From: Dehalococcoidia bacterium
Lineage (GTDB): Bacteria; Chloroflexota; Dehalococcoidia; Bin125
Direction: 5' to 3'
Length of the DNA stretch: 64,000 bases
Assembly (NCBI GenBank): GCA_965262235.1
Contig: OZ253504.1
Coordinates: forward strand, 13,081 to 77,080
Under the pieces are notes generated by a model. The model saw nothing but the letters and a program-made list of their open reading frames with translations, did not search any database and had not been told where the DNA came from. Numbering within the stretch: position 1 is the stretch's first letter; each line of letters begins with the position of its first letter. The position numbers were made by a program, and so were the translations under genes. Positions 57,449-64,000 of this stretch are shown in pieces.

Positions 57449-58396
57449 ATGAAGGCAACCGATATCCGCCAGATCGGGCGCACCTCGCTGCACGTCACCC
57501 GCCTCGGGCTCGGTGGCGTCTTTCTCGCCAGCGATGCGCCCCGCGCCGAAGCCGAAGCGCTGATCGAACGCGCCGCCGAACTCGGCGTGCGCTACTTCGA
57601 CACCGCTCCCATGTACGGCGTCGGCGAAAGCGAGCGCCGCTACCGCGAGCCCCTCGCCGGCCTCGAACGCTCCGGCTTCGTGCTCTCGACCAAGGTCGGA
57701 CGCGTCCTACGGGAGGACGTCGGCGGCGCCGAGCCCTGGCACTTCGACTTCTCCCGCGATGGCGTCCTGCGCAGCTTCGAGACCAGCCTCCAGCGCCTCG
57801 GCCTCGAGCGCGTCGACATCCTGCTCGTGCACGATCCCGACGACCACGCCGACCAGGCCCTCCGCGAGGCCTTCCCCGCCCTCATCGAGCTGCGCGAGCA
57901 GGGCCTCGTCCGCGCCATCGGCGCCGGCATGAACCAATGGGAGCTCGAACTGCGCTTCGCGCGCGAGCTGCCACTCGATTGCTTCCTGCTCGCCGGCCGC
58001 TACACCCTGCTCGAACAGGGCGCGCTCGACGAGTTCCTTCCCTATTGCGAGGCCAACGGCATCAGCGTGATCGGCGGCGGCCCCTACAACAGCGGCATCC
58101 TCGCCTCCGATCTTGACGCCGACGCCAGCTACAACTACCGCGCCGCGCCAGCCGACATGCTCGACCGCGCCCGCGCCATCAAGGCCGTCTGCGATCGCCA
58201 CGAGGTGCCGCTCAAGGCCGCTGCCCTGCAGTTCATCCTCGCCCACCCCGCCTTCGCCGCCGTCATCCCCGGCGCCGCCAGCGTCGCCGAGGTCGAAGAG
58301 AACGCGCGCATGATTGAGACCCCGATTCCAGCCGACCTCTGGCCAGACCTGCGATCAGCCGGCCTCCTCCACCCCGCCGCGCCCGTCCCCAGCTAA
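57449..58396 (+). CDS. Aldo/keto reductase
   Basis: 'YFDTAPMYG', 'LSTKVG', 'LERVDILLVHDPD' (the catalytic D-Y-K-H context) and 'IGGGPYNSGILA'. Start at the ATG at 57449. Confidence 0.85.
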   Translation: MKATDIRQIGRTSLHVTRLGLGGVFLASDAPRAEAEALIERAAELGVRYFDTAPMYGVGESERRYREPLAGLERSGFVLSTKVGRVLREDVGGAEPWHFDFSRDGVLRSFETSLQRLGLERVDILLVHDPDDHADQALREAFPALIELREQGLVRAIGAGMNQWELELRFARELPLDCFLLAGRYTLLEQGALDEFLPYCEANGISVIGGGPYNSGILASDLDADASYNYRAAPADMLDRARAIKAVCDRHEVPLKAAALQFILAHPAFAAVIPGAASVAEVEENARMIETPIPADLWPDLRSAGLLHPAAPVPS

Positions 58397-58564
58397 CCCC
58401 CCGCCCTCCCGAACATCCCCCCACAGACCCTCGCAAAACCGCCCGCCCAAGGGCTCCCGCTCCCACGGGGAGCTGCGCGTAAGTCCCACTGCTCCGACCT
58501 TCCCTGCCGGTGGCGGTGTCACGAAGTGACGGTGAGGAGCTTCCGCTATCTGGTGAGGGCGCGC

Positions 58565-58616
58565 CCGAAGCCCCCCTCTGCCTACGGCATCTCCCCCCGC
58601 TCCGCGGGGGGAGATG
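58565..58616. repeat. Partial copy of a structured REP/MITE-like element (palindrome tctccccccgc-NNN-gcggggggaga)
   Basis: 'cccccctctgcctacggcatctccccccgctccgcggggggagatgg' shares the terminal hairpin and the 'cccccctctg' block with the copies at 61548 and 62850. Confidence 0.5.
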
Positions 58617-58957
58617 GGAAATGGAGATTACGCACAGGTCTCACACGGGGAGCTGTTACGGCAGGTGACTGTGGGGGTCGGCCCAGCGCATTAGCGTGAG
58701 TCGACGCCGGATCTGCAGGCACTGCTCTGTCCGGACTCGATATTCCGGTGACGCTGCCTCACGCTGCGCCAACGCATGCGATACTGTCGCGAGCCGCGGA
58801 GGATTGGGAGTCCGGGCTGCGGGCGGGCGATTCCACTGCGGCAGGCCTCGTTTGACCGTCTTCGAGGCGACCGATCGCTCACTGCTCCGCCGCTGCCTGT
58901 ATTCTGCAGCAACGCCGCGGGCGGTCGAGCAGCGCTGCGCGGCGACAGGGGGAACCG

Positions 58958-59371
58958 ATGACCAAGCAAGGCGTCGTGCCGGACAGCTTCAGTCAGCCGT
59001 TCTGGGATGCGGCGAACGAAGAGCGCCTCGTGATCCAGAACTGCCGCGCCTGCGATCGGTTGCAGCATCCGCCGGCGGAAGCCTGCCGCGAGTGCGGCGC
59101 CACCGATCCGCTCGAGTGGAAGCCCGTGAGCGGGCGTGGCACGATCTACAACTACGGCGTCGTGCATGACTGTCCCGTGCGGCTGCTGCAAGAGAATCAG
59201 CCCTTCAACGTTGCCGTGATCATGCTGGAGGACGACCCGGGGATCCAGATGTTCTCGCACCTGCCCGGCACGCCGGTGGACGACGTGCCTGTCGGCGGGG
59301 CCGTCGAGGTGATCTTCGAGCCCACGGCGAACGGCCAGCTCGTGCCCGAGTGGCGCGTGATTGCTGGCTGA
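58958..59371 (+). CDS. Zn-ribbon OB-fold protein (DUF35)
   Basis: 'CRACDRLQHPPAEACRECG' rubredoxin-like zinc ribbon plus an OB fold. Typical partner of SCP-x type thiolases. Confidence 0.8.
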   Translation: MTKQGVVPDSFSQPFWDAANEERLVIQNCRACDRLQHPPAEACRECGATDPLEWKPVSGRGTIYNYGVVHDCPVRLLQENQPFNVAVIMLEDDPGIQMFSHLPGTPVDDVPVGGAVEVIFEPTANGQLVPEWRVIAG

Positions 59372-59424
59372 TCCCGATCCACCTGACAGCCCACCTGACT
59401 GCCCAAGGGCAAGGAGTACGCGTA

Positions 59425-60747
59425 ATGACGACACCAACTGCACCGGATGCGATGTACCGCAACGACGAAGGGCTTGGTATTTGGGAGCACCGCGGCCAGG
59501 TCGCCGCCGTCGGCGTCGGCCACGCGCCGACCAACCGGCGCTGGGACGGCCGCGCCGAGACGTGCGTCGGCGCGATCAGCATTCAGGCGCTGCGGCAGGC
59601 GATCGCCGACGCCGGCGTGGCGCCCGAGCAGATCGATGGTCTGGTGGTCGTCCCCCACACCACGACCGGCGCGTTCTGGGAGGAGGGCAAGCCGCTTCCG
59701 ATGGACGTGATCCAGAGCTTCCAGCAGACGGAGGACCCGCTAGACGGCGTCGCGAAGATCAGTACCGAGTGGCTGCTGGCGAACATGCCGGAGCTGACCA
59801 ACGTGCAGTTCACGATGTACGGCCCGACCTGCATGTCGAACGCGCTGAATGTGACGGCTCAGGCCGTGGGCGACGGTCTGACCCACACCTGCCTCGTGGT
59901 CAAGAGCTGGCACAACTTCGAGGGCCGCTACTACCAGGGTGGGGCCAACGCCGGGGAGGCCCTGCCCGGCACCGCCGCCATGACCCAACTATGGGGCGGT
60001 CCCGCCTCGTATAGCACGGCCCTGCAATTCGCGGAGTATTGCCGGAAGTACGGCAAGACGCACGAAATGATGGCGCCGTTCATGGAGAATTCCCGGCGCA
60101 ACGGGCTGATGTTCCCTGAGGGCTACTGGGCGCAGCACCGGCCCGAGGAACTTGGAGCAGAGGACTATCTCGCGTCGCGCTGGATCGCGAAGCCGGCCAA
60201 CCTGTTCGACAACGACATTCCGATCATGATGTCGGGCGCCTACCTCTTTTCCACGGCGGAGCGCGCGGCGGACATGAACCAGAAGCCGGTCTACATCCTC
60301 AATCACGCGTCCAGTAACACCCGGTCGCGCAGCCTGGTTCCCACGCTCGATGAGGTGGAAGCCGACACCGCGCGCACCGGTCGGAAGATCTACGAGGGCG
60401 CGGGGATCAGCGCGGACGATCTCTCCTTCGAGAACATGTACGACGGCTTCTCGCTGTTCCATCAGTTCCACCTGGAAGGGCTGGGCTATCGCGGGATCAA
60501 GTTCGGGGAAGCACTGGACTTCTACCAGACCGACATCAGCATCGAAGGGCCCAACCCGGTCTCGCCCAGCGGGGGCAACGTCGGCAGTGGCCGCAGCCGG
60601 GTCTGGATGCACACGGACTGCATTCAACAGCTGCAAGGCCGCGCCGGCGCGCGACAGGTCACTGGCGTCAAGCCGGAAGTGGCGGTCTCGGGTGGGCCGA
60701 TGCCGCTCGGGGGGAACTACACCGTGTGGAGCGCCAGCCCCGACTAG
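59425..60747 (+). CDS. Thiolase-like protein (SCP-x/non-specific lipid-transfer thiolase type, DUF35 partner)
   Basis: ATG at 59425 preceded by AAGGAG. 440 aa with thiolase-like N- and C-terminal halves 'GPTCMSNALNVTAQAV' and 'SPSGGNVGSGRS'. Confidence 0.7.
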   Translation: MTTPTAPDAMYRNDEGLGIWEHRGQVAAVGVGHAPTNRRWDGRAETCVGAISIQALRQAIADAGVAPEQIDGLVVVPHTTTGAFWEEGKPLPMDVIQSFQQTEDPLDGVAKISTEWLLANMPELTNVQFTMYGPTCMSNALNVTAQAVGDGLTHTCLVVKSWHNFEGRYYQGGANAGEALPGTAAMTQLWGGPASYSTALQFAEYCRKYGKTHEMMAPFMENSRRNGLMFPEGYWAQHRPEELGAEDYLASRWIAKPANLFDNDIPIMMSGAYLFSTAERAADMNQKPVYILNHASSNTRSRSLVPTLDEVEADTARTGRKIYEGAGISADDLSFENMYDGFSLFHQFHLEGLGYRGIKFGEALDFYQTDISIEGPNPVSPSGGNVGSGRSRVWMHTDCIQQLQGRAGARQVTGVKPEVAVSGGPMPLGGNYTVWSASPD

Positions 60748-60773
60748 TCACGGTCGAGGACGAGGAGTAGCCC

Positions 60774-61127
60774 GTGGTGGTTCTGATCAGCTTCGACATC
60801 GACGGCACGTTAGAAGTCGGCGATCCGCCGGGCGTCTTGACGATGGACATGGTCCGCCTGGTACGCGAAAAGGGCTTCCTGATCGGCAGCTGTTCCGATC
60901 GCACGCTGAGCGGTCAACGCGCCCTCTGGGCCGCGCACGAAATCGAGGTCGACTTTGTTGTCTCGAAGCACATGTTGCCCGACGTGAAAGCCAAGTTTGA
61001 GGCGGACGTGTATCTGCACATCGGCGACCGTGAGGACCTTGACCGCCAATACGCCCTCAAGGCGGGATTCGAGTTCCTTTGGCCGCATGAGGCTGTGGTT
61101 CACCCCCACTTCGATCCGGAGCCCTGA
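60774..61127 (+). CDS. Small HAD-superfamily-like protein
   Basis: GTG start. 'LISFDIDGTLEV' is HAD motif I (DxDGT). 117 aa. Confidence 0.5.
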   Translation: MVVLISFDIDGTLEVGDPPGVLTMDMVRLVREKGFLIGSCSDRTLSGQRALWAAHEIEVDFVVSKHMLPDVKAKFEADVYLHIGDREDLDRQYALKAGFEFLWPHEAVVHPHFDPEP

Positions 61128-61547
61128 CCGGTCGGCCGGCCGCGGCTCTGGGAGGCCGACGGCCCGAAGCGGAGTCGCCGAATCGAGGCTGGGTTGGCTG
61201 ACTTGGTTGGCCGAGTTGGTTTGTTAAGGCTTACTCGGAATCGGATAGTCCCAATTGACGCCACATTGCGAGCACCATCGCCTCAGCCAGACATCTCCGC
61301 TCGCGCTCTTGTCTCCGACCTCCGCGTGGATCTGTCCTCCGCATCGACACGGCCGGGGAAACGCCTTCAAGCAGCCACCGCAGCCCGGATCGAGCTGATG
61401 TGTCTGGAGGAACTGTGGGTGCATAGACAGGCTCATCCGCGATCACCTCTCCGGCCACGGCGCGTGCAGGGTGCACAGTTTAGTACGCCGCCTGCGGCGC
61501 TCATGTTCCCAGCAGGCTGCTGAAAAAATCGGTGCGCTGGCGCTCTC

Positions 61548-61698
61548 TGCTCTCCCCCCGCAGAGCGGGGGGAGATGCCGAAGGCAGAGGGGGGCCGCGT
61601 CCCAAGCTCAGCAGTGTGGTGGTACCTGGTCAGACGGGGCCGGGGCCCCCCTCTGTCACTCCGTGACATCTCCCCCCGCAAAGCGGGGGGAGAGGGGA
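61548..61698. repeat. REP/MITE-like structured intergenic element, full copy A (about 150 bp, nested inverted repeats)
   Basis: Terminal hairpins 'tctccccccgcagagcggggggaga' and 'tctccccccgcaaagcggggggaga'. Inner inverted pair 'cagaggggggcc' and 'ggcccccctctg'. Shared 'gatgccgaag' and 'ctctgtcactccg' blocks. Confidence 0.55.
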
Positions 61699-61823
61699 TC
61701 CGACTTGTTCAGATGGTTCTTAGCGACGGCGCGGCCGGCAGCCTCTGCCGCCCGACCACAACAGATCCCCTTTCCCCCACGATCCCGCCATCGTGTGCGA
61801 ATTCGTCTGCCTACGCGACACCG

Positions 61824-62789
61824 CTAATTGCGCGGCGCGGGGCGCTCGACCAGGGGTGCCTCGCGGAGCCGCAACTCGAAGCTCAGCGAGTCTGGCAACA
61901 GGCACTCCGTGGCCGTGCAGGCCTGTAGTGTGACGCGTCCACGCACGACCAATTCGCCGGCGTCCACGGTCATGAACGTGACCGGCACGGAGACGCGGAT
62001 CTCGCCGCTGTACACGTGCAACTGCTCGTCGAGCCCCTCCACGTGGAACGGCTTCGGCGTCGGCCAGCGCGGGGCGCCGACCGTCACCCGATCCGGGGGG
62101 TCGATCTCGATGTCCAGCGGCACGTAACCGACGGGGATGGGACGCCCGTTGACGTGGTAGCCGGGAGCGATGGTCAAACTGACGGTCAGCCAGAGCCGCT
62201 GCCCCCACGTATAGCTGGATGCGTCGAATTGGGCCTGGAGCTGGACCACATCGGACGCCACCTGCGTCTGGGGCCCGTCGTGCGTGGCGGCGATCCCGAG
62301 GACCTGTTGCAGGAGTCCCGCGCCGGTGTCTCGCTCCCGGTAGCTCTCGTAGAAGTGTTTCGCGGCCACCGTGCCGTCCGAGTCGAGGACGAACACGCCG
62401 GGATGCGGGATGCCCTCGACGCGCCCACCCGCCGCCTCGTTGAGGATGCCCAGCTCGCGAATCAGTCCGCTGCCCGCATCGCTGAGCAGGGGATAGGTGA
62501 TGCCATGCCGCTCGGCGAAACCCGCAAGCACGTCCGGAGGGTCGTAGCTGATCGCATACAGGGCGATCCCCTCGGACTCCAGGTCCGCCGCCACTTTTTG
62601 CAGCTCCACGAGCTGCGTCTTACAAAACGGTCACCAGGCAGCACTGCGATGGAACACGACCAGCGCGCCCCGGCCAGCCCGATCCGCGATCAGATCGATC
62701 ACCTGCCCTGCCTGATCTCGAAGCTCCCACGACGGGAATGCCGCTCCCGTCGGGGGCCCAATCCCCATCTCCACCTGAATGTCAGCCAT
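61824..62789 (-). CDS. Candidate selenoprotein: Prx-like thiol:disulfide oxidoreductase (AhpC/TSA_2-type) fused to a DsbD-alpha/DsbC-like domain, with in-frame TGA (62631-62633) at the first CxxC position
   Basis: 'ALVVFHRSAAW-[TGA]-PFCKTQLVELQKVAADLESEGIALYAIS' is the W-C-P-F-C motif with TGA in the Cys slot. The frame continues unbroken into the tracked ORF 61824-62609. The C-terminal domain carries 'IAPGYHVNG' and 'LQACTATEC'. Confidence 0.5.
62600..62616 (-). promoter_or_regulatory. SECIS-like hairpin immediately downstream of the in-frame UGA
   Basis: On the mRNA: UGA, then 14 nt, then GCAGCUC-GUG-GAGCUGC (7-bp perfect stem with apical loop GUG, loop G about +24 from the UGA). A possible lower UUUU/AAAA stem with a 7-nt bulge. 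Confidence 0.35.
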
Positions 62790-62849
62790 GCCAGAGCCTC
62801 CAGAATTCTGCGGCAACTCTAGCAGTGTGCTGGAAAAGTCCGCCTGTTG

Positions 62850-63025
62850 GCGCTCGCCGCGCTCCGCCCGCTTTGCACGGGGAGATGCCGAAGCCTGCCC
62901 TTGCGCAGGCAGGGGGCAGAGGGGGGCTGCAGCGCGCATCCCGGTGGGAATTCGCATCTGCCAGTACGGAGACGGCCCCCCTCTGTCACTCCGCAACATC
63001 TCCCCCCGCCGAGCGGGGGGAGAGT
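62850..63025. repeat. REP/MITE-like structured intergenic element, copy B (left hairpin degenerate)
   Basis: 'ggagatgccgaagcc...cagaggggggc...ggcccccctctgtcactccgcaacatctccccccgccgagcggggggaga', aligned to copy A. Confidence 0.55.
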
Positions 63026-63145
63026 CTTTCAGAGCTTCCCTGGCGGAGGTTGTTGCGCAAGCTCTTGAGCGCCCCTCCTCGTGCACTGACCCTGGCGCCC
63101 GCTGGTATGCTCCGCCGCCACCTGAACGAGGAGCGAGGATTGCCG

Positions 63146-63922
63146 ATGGCAGACCGATTCGAGGGTAGGGTCGTCGTGATTACGGGGGCCGCCGGGGGCA
63201 TCGGCCGGGCGACGGCCGTCCGCTTCGCATCAGAGGGCGCCCGCATCCTGGCCGTTGATTTGCCGGACTCTGAACTGGACGAGACGGTGGCAGCGGTACA
63301 CCGGGCCGGCGGCCAAATCGCGACCCATCCAGCCGATGTCACCGTCGCCAGCGAGGTCGACGGGTATGTCCAGGCGGCACTCGACCAATTCGGGCAGATC
63401 GATGTGTTCTTCAACAACGCGGGGATCGAGGGCTGGGTTGGACCGCTGCTGGATTACCCGGAAGCCGAATTCGATCGGGTCTTCGCTGTCAACGTCAAGG
63501 GCGTCTTTTTCGGCTTGCAGGCTGTGGGACGAGTGATGCAGGGAACAGGCGGCGGAGCGATCATCAACACGGCCTCGGTCGCGGGGCTCCAAGCCAGTTC
63601 CCAAGCGGCGGCATACGGGGCCACCAAGAGTGCGGTCGTGAGTTTGACGAAGTCCGCGGCCATTGCCCTGGTCGGCGACGGCATCCGCGTCAATGCCGTC
63701 TGTCCCGGTCCCATTGAGACGCGCATGATGCGTGCGATGGAGCGAGGCGTGAACCCGGATGACCCGGAGGCCGTACACAGGAATCTCGCCGCGTCGACGC
63801 CGATGGGACGCTACGGCGAAGCCGATGAGATCGCAGCGATGGTGGCCTTCCTCGCCAGCGAAGACGCCTCGTACATCACGGGCGGCATTTACCCCGTCGA
63901 CGGCGGGACTCGCGCACGCTAG
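63146..63922 (+). CDS. SDR family oxidoreductase (classical short-chain dehydrogenase)
   Basis: 'VVVITGAAGGIGRA' (TGxxxGxG), 'NNAG', catalytic 'YGATKSAV' (Y-x3-K) and 'PGPIET'. ATG at 63146 after GAGGAGCGAGGA. Confidence 0.9.
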   Translation: MADRFEGRVVVITGAAGGIGRATAVRFASEGARILAVDLPDSELDETVAAVHRAGGQIATHPADVTVASEVDGYVQAALDQFGQIDVFFNNAGIEGWVGPLLDYPEAEFDRVFAVNVKGVFFGLQAVGRVMQGTGGGAIINTASVAGLQASSQAAAYGATKSAVVSLTKSAAIALVGDGIRVNAVCPGPIETRMMRAMERGVNPDDPEAVHRNLAASTPMGRYGEADEIAAMVAFLASEDASYITGGIYPVDGGTRAR

Positions 63923-64000
63923 TCTGGCGCCGCGGCGCCCTGATGCTGCGGCATGGGCGCCAACACGGGGCCCGGCGAGCAGGCCAGTGGCGCGGGTAGC

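Overview
The window is 64 kb of high-GC (roughly 68%) bacterial chromosome with about 50 genes and several lower-GC patches (about 55-60%) holding accessory cargo. I found no rRNA, tRNA or CRISPR. The left part is housekeeping (partial mutS2, rarA, aminotransferase, hydrolases). The rest is mosaic: two intact IS elements with inverted repeats and target-site duplications (an IS1595-family element splitting a DarT-like gene, and an IS5-family element with TSD TTAG at the 5' end of a 2458-aa surface protein gene). There are several gene remnants (arsC-like fragment, amidohydrolase 3' fragment, SulP and acetyl-CoA hydrolase/transferase genes carrying in-frame TAG codons) and a small DUF262 + HEPN-like pair in a phage-like islet with a KilA-N gene. 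There are three large secreted repeat proteins (774 aa with (GNG)n/poly-Gly, 2458 aa with FN3-like, beta-propeller and triplicated C-terminal modules, and a 1149-aa plant-type LRR protein). The feature that stands out most is a tightly packed Type I restriction-modification operon arranged hsdM - HEPN(HI0074) - MNT fused in frame to hsdS - TIR-like/coiled-coil protein - hsdR. The low-GC TIR-like gene sits between hsdS and hsdR and is a strong candidate for an undescribed RM-linked effector. The second standout is a candidate selenoprotein: a Prx-like redoxin fused to a DsbD-alpha-like domain, with an in-frame TGA exactly at the WCPFC cysteine and a hairpin 14 nt downstream, flanked by copies of a structured REP/MITE-like repeat. 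All calls rest on reading the sequence and remembered family motifs; no database search was run.
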